DNA of 56,893 bases, taken from NCBI GenBank assembly GCA_031976395.1, contig DALYLJ010000001.1, positions 1 through 56,893 of the forward strand, written 5' to 3'. Below the pieces are notes generated by a model, which had not been told where the DNA came from, ran no database searches, and worked only from the letters and a program-made list of their open reading frames with translations. The position numbers and the translations under genes are program-made. This stretch comes from Lysobacteraceae bacterium. GTDB taxonomy: Bacteria > Pseudomonadota > Gammaproteobacteria > Xanthomonadales > Xanthomonadaceae. Of the stretch, positions 28,997 through 39,323 are shown one piece after another. Each line of letters starts with the position of its first letter. Position 1 is the first letter of the stretch.

Positions 28997-29935
28997 TCAC
29001 TGGCCGCCGGACGAGGTTCCGATCGCCGGCTGCGGCTCGCTGCCATCCTGCTCGGCCAGCGCCCGCAGGATGTCGGCACCGTACCAGCGACCATCGACGC
29101 GCACCAAGGGCTGCTCGTAGCTCAATTCGGTGCCGGCCAGGGGATAGCTGATCCGGACCACGGCGTTGTCTTCGGTTTCGCTGACCAACTCGAAGCGGGC
29201 CTGGTTCAGGCTGGCATCGAAATCGAGGCCGTACAAGGCGAACACGGTCTTGGCCGAGGCCGACCACAGCGACAGTTTGGCCAGCAGCCCATCGAAGTCG
29301 AGTGCGAACAGTTGATCAAGATCAGCGACCGCCATCGTTCGAGCGGTCGTGGTCACTTCGGCGATCGCAGCGCGGGCCTTGTCGCGATCGGTCAGCGGCG
29401 CACCGACCACCCAACCGGCCAGGGCACCGATGAATGCCGTCGCATGCTGCTTCTGGTTCTCGCTGAACTGCGGGTTCTCCTGGATGCTCGAAGTGGCGAA
29501 ACCACTGCCCATTGCCGCCATCAGCGGCAACTGGCTGGCCAGTTCGGTTTCCATGCGGGTCAGATGCGGGTCGAGTTGCTGATACAGAAACGCCTCGGCA
29601 TCGTCGGCGGTCAGGGTGGCCATCATGCTGACGAATTGGGCGCGATCCGAGGCATCGACCTCGGCCGACTTGCTGCGGACTTCATCCCAGCCGTCCCGTA
29701 TCCGCTGCATGGCATCGGGTGGCAGCAGGGTGGTCAGCAGCAAGCTGAGATTGTCCTGATCGGCGGCGCGATACCACTGCTGGACGGTTTCCAGGGGGCC
29801 GGAGGCGATCGCGAGGGCCTCCGGCTCGCGCTGGCAGCCAGCCAGCAGGGTCAAGGCGGCGATCGCGGCCGCGAAAACAACGGCGTATCCGGGGTTCGGG
29901 CGCGCACGCCTGCGGGTATCGGTGGTCATGTTCAT
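28997..29935 (-). CDS. Hypothetical lipoprotein
   Basis: Lipobox LTLLAG|C after a basic N-terminus. Composition is coding-like. It lies 17 bp upstream of plsB on the same strand. I recognise no family. Confidence 0.65.
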   Translation of the reverse strand: MNMTTDTRRRARPNPGYAVVFAAAIAALTLLAGCQREPEALAIASGPLETVQQWYRAADQDNLSLLLTTLLPPDAMQRIRDGWDEVRSKSAEVDASDRAQFVSMMATLTADDAEAFLYQQLDPHLTRMETELASQLPLMAAMGSGFATSSIQENPQFSENQKQHATAFIGALAGWVVGAPLTDRDKARAAIAEVTTTARTMAVADLDQLFALDFDGLLAKLSLWSASAKTVFALYGLDFDASLNQARFELVSETEDNAVVRISYPLAGTELSYEQPLVRVDGRWYGADILRALAEQDGSEPQPAIGTSSGGQ

Positions 29936-30004
29936 CTGTCCGTTCGCGGTGGAAGAAGGAGGCTGATCCAGTGGCGACAGGCATGCACGCCTGGCCGTGA
30001 GACA

Positions 30005-30862
30005 TCAGTCGTAGCGCAGCGCGGCCCGCTTGCAGGCGGTCGGAGTATCGTCGCAGTCCGCGATCGCGGCCGCTTCCCAACTGCCATAGGTCGGGTTGGG
30101 CAGCATGAACCATTGCCGCCCCCAGCGAAAGCCGTTCTGTTCGGTCAACACCGTGCGTGCGTAGACATCGCCATCAATGCCATCGAGAAAATCGCCGAGG
30201 TTGTCGCCGAGCATCAGCAGCACCCGATGCCGTTCGCCGACCCAGCGCCGACGCTCGCCCTTGGTGCGGGCCGGGGCGCGCGGATCACCGCGCAGCAGCA
30301 GGTTGCTGGCGTCCTCGGCGATCGGAAAGCCGAGCCGGCGCAGATTGTCGGCGGTGGCGGCCAATTCCTGCGGCGCGTCGCGATTGGTGATGAAGTAGAC
30401 GCTGACGCCGCGACCGGCAGCGTAGCGGAAGAACGCCAGTGCGCCCGGCAATGCCCGCGAGCGGCGCTGCTCGACCCAGGCCAGCCAGTTGCCGTAGACG
30501 AACCCCTGGCCATCGCGGATCCGCTGCGCCTGGAAGCCGGTGTTGTCGATCGCCGTTTCATCGGCATCGGCGATGATGGCCGGCGGCAGATCGCAGGGAT
30601 CGTTGCTGCGTTCGCCACGGGGCAGCGCATCCCAGCACGGGTCTGCCAGGCCCGCCTCCAGTTGGTGGCGGGCCGAGGCGTAGGCACCGATCATGACCGC
30701 GCGGTATTCCGCGCTGGTCTGGACCCAGAGGGTGGCATCGAGGTTGTCGTGTGCCGGGGCCGAATCGGCAACCGGTGCCGTGGGGGTGCTTGCACAGGCC
30801 GCCAGCAGCAGGGTGCAGGCCGTGACCAGGATGATTCTCGATTGCATGGGATTCGAGTCCAC
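30005..30862 (-). CDS. Lipoprotein e(P4)-family 5'-nucleotidase / class C acid phosphatase (HAD superfamily)
   Basis: Lipobox LLLAA|C. The DDDD-superfamily motifs are IIADADETAIDN and MLGDNLGDF. The context FITNRD...NLRRLGFP is typical of e(P4). Confidence 0.85.
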   Translation of the reverse strand: MDSNPMQSRIILVTACTLLLAACASTPTAPVADSAPAHDNLDATLWVQTSAEYRAVMIGAYASARHQLEAGLADPCWDALPRGERSNDPCDLPPAIIADADETAIDNTGFQAQRIRDGQGFVYGNWLAWVEQRRSRALPGALAFFRYAAGRGVSVYFITNRDAPQELAATADNLRRLGFPIAEDASNLLLRGDPRAPARTKGERRRWVGERHRVLLMLGDNLGDFLDGIDGDVYARTVLTEQNGFRWGRQWFMLPNPTYGSWEAAAIADCDDTPTACKRAALRYD

Positions 30863-30913
30863 GTGGGAAAGGTCGGAGTCTAACCCGGCGCGGGCGCCGG
30901 GCCATGTGCCGGA

Positions 30914-32893
30914 TTACCGGGCGAGCAATTCGGCAATCGCGGCAAGGTGAGATTGTGCCCGCTGCTGGCGCAGCTCGGCATCCCGGTCGGGATCGACGCC
31001 GTCACGGTGCAGTTCCGCAACCGGCAATTCGTCCAGAAACCGGCTCGCCTGCAACCGGCGGCTCTGGCCATGGCGCTGACCGCCGCGACTGAACGACAGT
31101 TGCAGATAGCGTTTGGCGCGGGTGATGCCGACGTACAGCAGGCGCCGCTCCTCCTCCAGACGGCCTTCCTCCAGGCTGGCCTCGTGCGGCAGAACGCCGT
31201 CCTCGAAACCGACGATGAATACGCACTCGAACTCCAGCCCCTTGGCCGCATGCAGGCTCATCAGCCGAACCTGGTTGCCGGGGTCGCCGCGATCAGCATG
31301 GGCCAGCAGGGCCAGTTGCGCGGCCAGTTCGCCAGGGCCGATCCGAGCCTCGGCGTCGAACCAGTCCGCCAATTCCTCCAGATTCTCGCGACGTCGCTGA
31401 AAACTCGCCTCGTCCTTGCACTGGCTGCGCAGATCGGCCAACAGGCCGGAGCGTTCGATCAGGGTGCGGACCAGATCAGCGGCACTGCCATGGCCGAGGC
31501 CGGCCCGCAGTTCGGTCACGATATCGTTGAATTCGACCAGACCGGCCGCCGCCCGCGCCGGCAACTGCTTGAGCAGGCTGTGAGAGGTGGCGGCCCGGCC
31601 GAGCGGCATGCCGGACTGCCCGGCCAGTTCCGCCAGCCGAGCGAGACTGGTTCCGCCGACCGCGCGCTTGGGCGTGGTCACTGCCCGCAGGAAAGCGGCA
31701 TCGTCGTCGGGATTGGCCAGGACGCGCATCCAGGCCAGCGCATCCTTGACCTCGCCCCGATCGAGGAAGGCGGTGCCGCCGGTCAGGTGGTAGGGAATGC
31801 GCAGGCGCTGGAGCGCCTTCTCGATCACCCGCGACTGGTGATTGCCGCGAAACAGCACGGCGAACTCGCTGAACGGCAATTCCCACTCGCGGCGGCGATG
31901 CTCGATCTCCGCCGCGACCCGCTCGGCCTCCTGCTCGGCGTTGTCGCACTCGCGCACCCGGATCGGTGGACCATCGTCACGATCGCTCCACAGCCGCTTG
32001 GGGTGAGCATGCGGGTTGTGCTCGATCAGGGCATTGGCGACCCGCAGGATGCGCGCCGAGCACCGATAGTTCTGTTCCAGTTTGATGATCTTCAGGTCGG
32101 GATAGTCCTCGCCCATGCGTTCCAGATTTTCCGGCTCGGCGCCGCGCCAGGCGTAGATGCTCTGATCGTCGTCGCCGACGCAGGTGAACCTGCCCGTGCT
32201 GCCGGCCAGTTGCCGAAGCAGGCGGTATTGCACGCCATTGCTGTCCTGGCACTCATCGACCAGCAGGTAGCGGATGCGCTCGCGCCAGCCGGCGGCCAGT
32301 TCCGCATCGGCCTCCAGCAAGGCCAGCGGCAACCGCAGCAGATCGTCGAAATCGACGGCATTGAAGGCCGCCAGACGCGCCTGGTAGCGGCGGTACAGTT
32401 CGGCGATCTCCCGCTCGACCACGGTCCGGGCGGCGGCCAGTGCCTGGTCCGGGTCGAGACCGGCATTCTTCACTCGGGAAATCCCCTGGCGGCTGGCCTC
32501 GACCACGTCTGGGCGCGTGCCATCGACCAGCAGATCCTTGACGATGCCGGCCTGATCGTCGCTGTCGAAGATCGAGAAGCCGCGCTTGAGTCCGGCGCGC
32601 GCATGTTCGATCTGGAGAATCCGCAGACCGAGGGCATGGAAGGTGCAGACGATCGGCTCGCTGCCGGGGGCAAGCCTGACCCGAGCGGCCAGCCGCTGCT
32701 TCATCTCGCGCGCCGCCTTGTTGGTGAAGGTGATCGCCGCGATCCGCTCGGAACGATAGCGATCCGTCCCGATCAGATGAGCGATCTTCTCGACGATCAC
32801 CCGCGTCTTGCCGCTGCCGGCACCCGCCAGCACCAGCAATGGCGTATCGACATGAAGAACGGCTTGGCGCTGGGCGGGATTAAGTCCGTGCAT
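30914..32893 (-). CDS. rep: ATP-dependent DNA helicase Rep (UvrD/Rep superfamily 1)
   Basis: LNPAQRQAV...LLVLAGAGSGKTRVI is the Walker A region. Other motifs are ITFTNKAAREM, LLVDECQDSN, VGDDDQSIYAWRGA and MSLHAAKGLEF. The length of 659 aa fits Rep better than UvrD. Confidence 0.9.
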   Translation of the reverse strand: MHGLNPAQRQAVLHVDTPLLVLAGAGSGKTRVIVEKIAHLIGTDRYRSERIAAITFTNKAAREMKQRLAARVRLAPGSEPIVCTFHALGLRILQIEHARAGLKRGFSIFDSDDQAGIVKDLLVDGTRPDVVEASRQGISRVKNAGLDPDQALAAARTVVEREIAELYRRYQARLAAFNAVDFDDLLRLPLALLEADAELAAGWRERIRYLLVDECQDSNGVQYRLLRQLAGSTGRFTCVGDDDQSIYAWRGAEPENLERMGEDYPDLKIIKLEQNYRCSARILRVANALIEHNPHAHPKRLWSDRDDGPPIRVRECDNAEQEAERVAAEIEHRRREWELPFSEFAVLFRGNHQSRVIEKALQRLRIPYHLTGGTAFLDRGEVKDALAWMRVLANPDDDAAFLRAVTTPKRAVGGTSLARLAELAGQSGMPLGRAATSHSLLKQLPARAAAGLVEFNDIVTELRAGLGHGSAADLVRTLIERSGLLADLRSQCKDEASFQRRRENLEELADWFDAEARIGPGELAAQLALLAHADRGDPGNQVRLMSLHAAKGLEFECVFIVGFEDGVLPHEASLEEGRLEEERRLLYVGITRAKRYLQLSFSRGGQRHGQSRRLQASRFLDELPVAELHRDGVDPDRDAELRQQRAQSHLAAIAELLAR

Positions 32894-33078
32894 GGGTGGG
32901 GTGCGGGCGAGGAACGGCGATTGTCCCAGTCTTGACGGTTGCTGAAAACCCTGGCGCCGACCACGACTTTCGGCGCAGGCGGGACGACCACCAGCCGGCT
33001 ACAGTGACGACACACCCGATCCGCCGATCAGCAAACCGTGATGGCGAGGACGGCGCGATCGGGGCGCCACCCACGGAC

Positions 33079-33915
33079 ATGGACTCGACGATGCTCCCGA
33101 CCCACCGCGCTACCGCACGCGCCACCCGCACCGAACCGCCTCGCCGCCACACCATCACCGCCGGTGCCGGCATCCTGCTGACCGCCGTTCTGCTCGCCGC
33201 CGCACCGGTCGTACCGGCACAGAATGCGCTGCGTGACGAGGCGGTCGATACCGCCCTGATCGCCAGCGATGCCTTCCTCGCCGGCCATCCGGACATGCTG
33301 TACCGCAAGTGGGCCGAGCAGGCATATCGACAGGGCAGTTTCGAGCGGGCACTGCGCTTCTACAAGCGCTCGGCCCGGTTTGCCGACAAGGTCTCCCAGG
33401 GGCGGGTCGCGGAAATGTACTGGGCCGGGGAAGGCGTTCCGGCCGACCGGGCGCTGGCCTATGCCTGGATGGACCTGGCCGGCGAGCGCGGCTATCGCCG
33501 CATCCTGGCCATCCGTGAGCGCTACTGGGCGGAGTTGAGCCCGGAGGAGCGCGAACGCGCGGTCGAAGTCGGTCAGGCGATTTATGACGAGTACGGCGAC
33601 GAGGTCGCCAAGCCCCGACTGGAGCGCGCCATGTTCAAGGCCCGGCGCAACGTCACCGGCAGCCGCACCGGCTTCGTCGGCACGCTCGACGTGACCAGCT
33701 ACAACCGAGGCCAGGCCACGGCGGGCGGTGGCCTGTCCGGCGGTACCACCTTCCGGGGCGATCGTTTCTACGACGAGACCTACTGGGAGCCCCGTCTGTA
33801 CTGGGCATGGCAGGCCAAGCTGTTCGACGAGGTACCGAAGGGCACGGTCGAAATCGGCGAATTGCAGACCGACCCGCTGCACGACATCGATCTGCCGGCA
33901 CCGCCGGAAGACTGA
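33079..33915 (+). CDS. Sel1-repeat (TPR-like) secreted or anchored protein
   Basis: I trimmed the ORF to the ATG at 33079. A TM/signal segment ITAGAGILLTAVLLAAAPVVPA is present. Sel1-like repeats include GRVAEMYWAGEGVPADRALAYAWMDLAGERGY. Confidence 0.7.
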   Translation: MDSTMLPTHRATARATRTEPPRRHTITAGAGILLTAVLLAAAPVVPAQNALRDEAVDTALIASDAFLAGHPDMLYRKWAEQAYRQGSFERALRFYKRSARFADKVSQGRVAEMYWAGEGVPADRALAYAWMDLAGERGYRRILAIRERYWAELSPEERERAVEVGQAIYDEYGDEVAKPRLERAMFKARRNVTGSRTGFVGTLDVTSYNRGQATAGGGLSGGTTFRGDRFYDETYWEPRLYWAWQAKLFDEVPKGTVEIGELQTDPLHDIDLPAPPED

Positions 33916-33966
33916 GGCGCTCGGCCCGCCCGATCCTTCCGGTTTGATTCGATCCGGCCACACCGG

Positions 33967-33999
33967 CCCGTGCCGTTCGGCGCAAGCGCACGGCACGGG
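33967..33999 (+). terminator. Hairpin downstream of the Sel1-repeat gene
   Basis: cccgtgccgt-N13-acggcacggg forms a 10-bp stem. No T-tract follows, so terminator function is uncertain. Confidence 0.3.
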
Positions 34000-34066
34000 T
34001 CAGGCGGCAGGTGCGGCATGACCCGGCTGCGGCGATAATGATCGCCCGATCCGGACCAGACCCGAC

Positions 34067-34702
34067 GTGGCCAAGCTGTACTTCTACTACTCGGCAATGA
34101 ATGCCGGGAAGACCACCACCCTGCTGCAAAGCGCCTACAACTATCACGAGCGCGGCATGCGCACGCTGATCCTGGCGCCGCGCCTGGACGATCGGGCCGG
34201 CGCCGGCCGGGTGGCATCGCGGATCGGCCTGAATGCCAATGCCCATGCCTTCGATCGCGATGACGACCTGTTCGCCCTGATCGAGGCCGATATCCTGGCC
34301 GTCGGCCCCCTGCATTGCCTGCTGGTCGATGAAGCACAGTTCCTGAGCAAGGCCCAGGTCTGGCAACTCACCGATGTCGTCGATCGCCTGAATGTGCCGG
34401 TGCTGTCGTATGGACTGCGCACCGATTTTCGCGGCGAACTGTTCGAGGGCAGCCGGTATCTGCTGGCCTGGGCCGACCATCTGACCGAGATCAAGACGAT
34501 CTGCCATTCCGGCGCCAAGGCCACGATGGTGGTCCGGGTCGATGAGGCCGGCCGGGCAATCACCGAAGGACCGCAGGTCGAAATCGGCGGCAATGAGCGC
34601 TACGTTTCGGTCAGCCGGGCCGAGTTCAAGAAGATCACCGCTGGCGAGGGCGTCCTGCCGCTGAAACAGCCCCGCCTGGACTTCGACCGCGAGAATCGCT
34701 GA
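34067..34702 (+). CDS. tdk: Thymidine kinase
   Basis: (M)[25 protein letters not shown] is the P-loop, with a GTG start. VDEAQFL and the C-terminal zinc ribbon-like region ICHSGAKA...YVSVSR are also present. Confidence 0.93.
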   Translation: MAKLYFYYSAMNAGKTTTLLQSAYNYHERGMRTLILAPRLDDRAGAGRVASRIGLNANAHAFDRDDDLFALIEADILAVGPLHCLLVDEAQFLSKAQVWQLTDVVDRLNVPVLSYGLRTDFRGELFEGSRYLLAWADHLTEIKTICHSGAKATMVVRVDEAGRAITEGPQVEIGGNERYVSVSRAEFKKITAGEGVLPLKQPRLDFDRENR

Positions 34703-34735
34703 GCCTGCTGAAGGCCGGTCGCCGGCCGTCGCCGA

Positions 34736-37564
34736 TCAACCAGCATCGGGCGGACAGAATGCCGCCAGGCTCTCGATATCGTGCCCGAAGCGCGTGCTTG
34801 GCCAGGGGGTTGGCATGCCGGCCATCACGGCGGCGATCCGATCCCGACCACCGGGATCGCCCACCACACACTCCAACTCACCCAGCACCGCCTCCGCCCG
34901 CCAGCGCAGTTTGCGGGCGGCGATACCCTCGTCCACGAACCGATTCGCCACGTCACGCACCAGTTCACGGGCACGCTCGACCCGGCCGACCCGGGCCATC
35001 GCCCGAGCAAGACTGAGTTCGGCGGCACCGCAGGCCGGATGATGCGGCCCGAAATGGCGATTCATCAGGGCTACCGCCTGGATCAGGCTGGTTTCCGCCG
35101 CGTCCCAGTCGCCGCGGGCGGCCTGCGCCTCGCCAATGAAACGCCAGGCGCTGCCGACGGCGGCATGATCGTCGCCATGGACCCCACGACGGCCGTCCAG
35201 GGCGGCCCGGAATTCCGCTTCGGCCGCTTCCGGACGCCCGGCGACCATCAGGATGCGACCCAGGCTCAGTCGTGCGCCCGGAAGTCGCATCGGGTCGGGA
35301 GTCGCCGACCAGATGGCGATCGCCCGGCGCAGTTCGGCCTCGGAGGTCTCCGCATCACCACGCTCGAAGGCGATTGCCGCGCGCGTCTCGTAGATCGCAC
35401 CCAGATCCGGATGCTGCTCACCGAAACGCGCCACCAGGGTCGAGCGGGCGACCTCGGTCATCCGCTCGGCGCCGTCGAGGTCGCCGTTCTCCATCAGCAC
35501 CTCGGCGAACTGCAACTGGCTCTCGGCGGTGGCCGGATGATCCGGACCATGCCGACGCATGGACAGCACCAGGGCTTCGCGGGCAGCACCCTCGGCGGCG
35601 GTCAGGTCGCCACGCTCGCGGTAGAGCATCCCGAGATTGCGCCAGATCGCCACTGCCAGAGGACCGTCGTCCTCCTCGGCCACCCGCAAGCGATCCAGTG
35701 CCCGGCGCAGGCCGGCGATCGCCTCATCAGGCAAGCCGGCATCGGCGTCGATGGCGGCCAGATCGATCAGACTCTCGGCCTGTGCTCGATTGTCGCCGTC
35801 GGTCTGACGCAGTTCCAGGGCATGTTCGAGCAGGTCGCGGACCTCCCGTGTGCGGCCGGTCAGACGCAGACAGCGGGCCTTCTCGGACATCAGGTCGGCA
35901 CGCCGGGCCGCCGTGTACTCGGGACCGAGCAGTTCGGGATTGGCATCAGCCTCGAACAGGGCTTCGCATGCCTGGGTCTGGCCGAGCCCACGGTGGGCGC
36001 GGGCCTGCTCGATCCAGGCATCGATCTGGGCCTCGCGACGATCGGCTTCGCCGAGTTTGGCCAGCGCGAGGGTTTGCAGGCCGATGGCGTCCAGTGCCTG
36101 GTCATGATCGCCGATGTTGTTGAGCAGGCGGGCAATCAGTCCGAGCATGGCGACCTGCGAGACCGGCTCATCGACCAGGTCGGTACCGGCCCGCTCCAGA
36201 CCAGCCTGGAGCAGGCCGCGCAGATCCATCGCCTGGCTCGCCGGAGCATGATCGCCCTCGAACAGGCTGACCACGAACCCCTGCATCGCCTGGGCACGCG
36301 CCGCCTCGCTGATCGCCTCGCGCGCCTGCCAGACGGCAACCGCGAGACTGGTCGAGAGCAGCGCGAACACGCCGACCCCGGCCGCCAGTGCCAGACCATG
36401 CCGACGCAGGTACTTGCAGAAGCGATAGCCCACGCCGGCCGGCCGTGCCAGGATCGGCCGACCCTCCAGGTAGCGTTGCAGATCCTGGGCAAGGGCCTCG
36501 ATCGAGGCATAGCGTCGCGCCGGCACCTTGTGCAGGGCCTTGAGCACGATCGTGTCGATGTCACCGGCAAGCTGGCGGGCCAGACGCGCATCAGGACTGG
36601 GCGCAACACCGCCTCCGGGGACCGACATCGCCTGTGGTCTGAGCACGGCCAGCGAGGGCCGGATGGCGTCGCTTTCGAGAATTGCCGTCTGCCAGGCAGC
36701 ATCGGTGTCGGACTCGACCCGGTACGGTCGGAAGCCGGTCAGCAACTCATAGAACACCACACCGAGCGAATAGACGTCGGTCATGGTGCCGACCGGCTCG
36801 CCGGCCAGTTGTTCGGGTGCGGCGTAATGCAGGGTGAAGGCACGGGCGTCGAGCAGGGTGTGCTCGCTGCCGGAACTGGGCGTATCGAGCAGTTTGGCAA
36901 TCCCGAAATCGAGCAGGCGGACATCGCCGGCCGGGGTCACCAGGATGTTCGACGGTTTGAGGTCGCGATGCACGACCAGACTGGCATGGGCATGACTGAC
37001 CGCCGCACAGACCTGGAGCAACAGCCTGACCCGATCGGCGACGCTGGCATTCTGGCGGCGGGCGTAGACCGTGATCGGCTCGCCCTGGATGTACTCCAGG
37101 GCCAGATAGGGCTGGCCGTCATCGCTGACTCCGGCATCCAGGAAGCGGGCGATGTGGGCATGCGCCAGCCGGGCCAGGATCTGCCGCTCGCGCTGGAATC
37201 GTTGCTTGAGGTCGGCACTGGCCAGACCCGGACGCAGCAGTTTGAGGGCGACCCGGCGCTCGTACAGGCCATCGGCACGCTCGGCCAGCCAGACCTGGCC
37301 CATGCCACCCTCGCCGATCTCACGTTCGAGGCGGTACGGACCGATCATTCGCCCGACCAGCGGGTGGCCAAGCATGGTCGCGACCGCCGGATCGGCCAGA
37401 AAGTCGGGATGGCGACGATCGAGATCGAGCAGCCGCTGCACTTCTCGCGCCATCGCCGGCTCGGTCTCGGCCAACTCGGCCAGCCGACGCTCGCGCGCGT
37501 GGTCGGGCAAGTCGATCAGTTCGTCGAGCAGGGGTGACAGCCGGCGCCAGTCGGTTCCGCTCAT
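34736..37564 (-). CDS. Membrane Ser/Thr protein kinase with an N-terminal ECF-associated region and a large C-terminal TPR domain
   Basis: Hanks kinase motifs are present: IGEGGMGQVWLA, VALKLL, HRDLKPSNILV, DFGIAKLL and APEQ. One TM helix (LALAAGVGVFALLSTSLAVAVW) follows. After it comes a ~500-aa TPR-like array. Confidence 0.9.
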   Translation of the reverse strand: MSGTDWRRLSPLLDELIDLPDHARERRLAELAETEPAMAREVQRLLDLDRRHPDFLADPAVATMLGHPLVGRMIGPYRLEREIGEGGMGQVWLAERADGLYERRVALKLLRPGLASADLKQRFQRERQILARLAHAHIARFLDAGVSDDGQPYLALEYIQGEPITVYARRQNASVADRVRLLLQVCAAVSHAHASLVVHRDLKPSNILVTPAGDVRLLDFGIAKLLDTPSSGSEHTLLDARAFTLHYAAPEQLAGEPVGTMTDVYSLGVVFYELLTGFRPYRVESDTDAAWQTAILESDAIRPSLAVLRPQAMSVPGGGVAPSPDARLARQLAGDIDTIVLKALHKVPARRYASIEALAQDLQRYLEGRPILARPAGVGYRFCKYLRRHGLALAAGVGVFALLSTSLAVAVWQAREAISEAARAQAMQGFVVSLFEGDHAPASQAMDLRGLLQAGLERAGTDLVDEPVSQVAMLGLIARLLNNIGDHDQALDAIGLQTLALAKLGEADRREAQIDAWIEQARAHRGLGQTQACEALFEADANPELLGPEYTAARRADLMSEKARCLRLTGRTREVRDLLEHALELRQTDGDNRAQAESLIDLAAIDADAGLPDEAIAGLRRALDRLRVAEEDDGPLAVAIWRNLGMLYRERGDLTAAEGAAREALVLSMRRHGPDHPATAESQLQFAEVLMENGDLDGAERMTEVARSTLVARFGEQHPDLGAIYETRAAIAFERGDAETSEAELRRAIAIWSATPDPMRLPGARLSLGRILMVAGRPEAAEAEFRAALDGRRGVHGDDHAAVGSAWRFIGEAQAARGDWDAAETSLIQAVALMNRHFGPHHPACGAAELSLARAMARVGRVERARELVRDVANRFVDEGIAARKLRWRAEAVLGELECVVGDPGGRDRIAAVMAGMPTPWPSTRFGHDIESLAAFCPPDAG

Positions 37565-37650
37565 GATCGGATCAGCACCAAGCGGCGCGCCCCGGACAGG
37601 CGCCTCGATAGCCAGGGAAACGATGACGGCGCCGGTTCACGGTCTGCGCC

Positions 37651-38253
37651 TCAACTGTCCCGCAGGCTGGCGAGCAGGAACATCCGAGCCTTCTGCCAGT
37701 CGCGCCGGACGCTGCGCTCGGAACGCTCCAGGAGGGCGGCGATCTCCTCCTCGGACAGGCCGGCGAAATAGCGCATTTCAACCACCTGGACCAGGCGCGG
37801 ATCGACCGCCGCCAGACGATTCAGCGCTTCGTCCAGTGCCAGCGTGTCCTCGTCGAGACGAACCCCGCCCCCGAAATTCTCGGGCAATTCGGTCACCCGC
37901 TGGCGATCGCCGCCGCGCTTCTGCGACAGACGCTGGCGGGTGTGGTCGACCACGACACTGCGCATCGCCGATGCGGCGTAGGCAAAGAAATGGGCGCGGT
38001 CGTCGAACTGGGTCTCACGCTTGCCGGCCAAACGCAGATAGGCCTCGTGGACCAGGGCGGTGGCATCCAGGGTGTGGCCACGGTTCTGACCGATGTGTCG
38101 TCGGGCCATGGCGTGCAGTTCGCGGTACAGGACGCTCAACACGCGGTCCAACGCCTGGCGATCGCCATTGCCAGCGGCTCCGAGCAGGCGTGTGATGTCT
38201 TCACTGGTGCCGTCTGGATTCATGCTGCGTGTACTCGGAGACAACCCTGTCAT
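37651..38253 (-). CDS. ECF-family RNA polymerase sigma factor of the kinase-associated type (ECF43/TIGR02999-like)
   Basis: ITRLLGAAGNGDRQALDRVLSVLYRELHAMARRHI is the typical N-terminus. Region 2 reads ATALVHEAYLRL. Region 4 reads VVEMRYFAGLSEEEIAALLERSERSVRRDWQKARMFL. The start is 38253 or 38223. Confidence 0.9.
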   Translation of the reverse strand: MTGLSPSTRSMNPDGTSEDITRLLGAAGNGDRQALDRVLSVLYRELHAMARRHIGQNRGHTLDATALVHEAYLRLAGKRETQFDDRAHFFAYAASAMRSVVVDHTRQRLSQKRGGDRQRVTELPENFGGGVRLDEDTLALDEALNRLAAVDPRLVQVVEMRYFAGLSEEEIAALLERSERSVRRDWQKARMFLLASLRDS

Positions 38254-38383
38254 CCGCCTGAATATAGCGCCTGGAGTGTGGATTCAGCGTGTTCGTAACA
38301 TCGCGATTTCGGGTCGATCCGGTGCCGCAGCCGAGACAGACCGGTCAACGATCGCCTGCATCGACCACGGTATCGGCCCGAAT

Positions 38384-39196
38384 TCAACGCTGGCAGCACG
38401 GACACCAGACCGTCGCTCGATGGCCGAGCTTCTGCGCCCTGAGTCCGCTGCCGCAGCGACGGCACGACTGGCCCTCTCGGCCATAGACCTGCAATTCCTG
38501 CTCGAAATAGCCGGGCGCACCGTCGGGCGCGAGAAAATCCCGCAAGGTGGTGCCGCCTCGGACGATGGCATGTCCGAGCACCTGCCGCACCGCCTCGGCC
38601 AGCCGGCGATAACGCGCCAGCGAGATCGCACCGGCCGGACGCAGCGGATGGATCCCGGCCAGGAACAGGCTCTCGGCGGCATAGATGTTGCCAACCCCGA
38701 CCACCACCGACTGATCCATCAGAAACCCCTTGACCGGTCCCGTGCGTCGGCGCGCCAGGCGATGCAGGTAGTCGCCATCGAAGTGGTCCGACAGCGGCTC
38801 CGGTCCGAGATCGGCAAGCAGTGGATGCACCGTCCCGGCCGGCTGCCAGAGCAGGCAGCCGAATCGACGCGGGTCGGTGAAGCGCAGCACGAGGCCGGAA
38901 TCCAGCGCCAGATCGACATGATCATGCCGACCGTGTACCACCTCGGGCGACAGCACCCGCAGCACACCCGACATGCCGAGATGGAGCAGGGCCGAACCGC
39001 TTTCGGCATCGATCAGCAGGTACTTGGCACGCCGACGGACATCGGCGATCCGCTGACCCGGCAAGACGTCGGTGATCGCCGACGGAATCGGCCAGCGCAA
39101 GTCCGGACGGCGCAGGGTCGCTGCGGTGATCCGCCGACCGATCAAGTGCGGCGCCAGACCGGCGCGGGTGGTCTCGACTTCGGGCAGTTCGGGCAC
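38384..39196 (-). CDS. mutM: Formamidopyrimidine-DNA glycosylase
   Basis: (M)PELPEVETTR is the N-terminus, carrying the catalytic Pro2, with a GTG start. The C-terminal zinc finger is CRRCGSGLRAQKLGHRATVWCPCCQ. Confidence 0.95.
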   Translation of the reverse strand: MPELPEVETTRAGLAPHLIGRRITAATLRRPDLRWPIPSAITDVLPGQRIADVRRRAKYLLIDAESGSALLHLGMSGVLRVLSPEVVHGRHDHVDLALDSGLVLRFTDPRRFGCLLWQPAGTVHPLLADLGPEPLSDHFDGDYLHRLARRRTGPVKGFLMDQSVVVGVGNIYAAESLFLAGIHPLRPAGAISLARYRRLAEAVRQVLGHAIVRGGTTLRDFLAPDGAPGYFEQELQVYGREGQSCRRCGSGLRAQKLGHRATVWCPCCQR

Positions 39197-39323
39197 GGCA
39201 GGCGTGTTCCAGCGAGGGGGCGGGCCGAGCGATTATGAACGAGGCCGCCGACATACGTCGGCGCACAGTGGCGCCCCTGTCCGGCAACGGGCATCATGCG
39301 GGCTTCACGCTGTGGAGATACCC

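Noticed and set aside
30947-32935. 662-aa plus-strand ORF
   Set aside because: It is antisense to rep, which carries all the SF1 helicase motifs.
34781-37537. 918-aa plus-strand ORF
   Set aside because: It is antisense to the Ser/Thr kinase, which carries Hanks motifs. Its product is Arg/Gly/Gln/His-rich.
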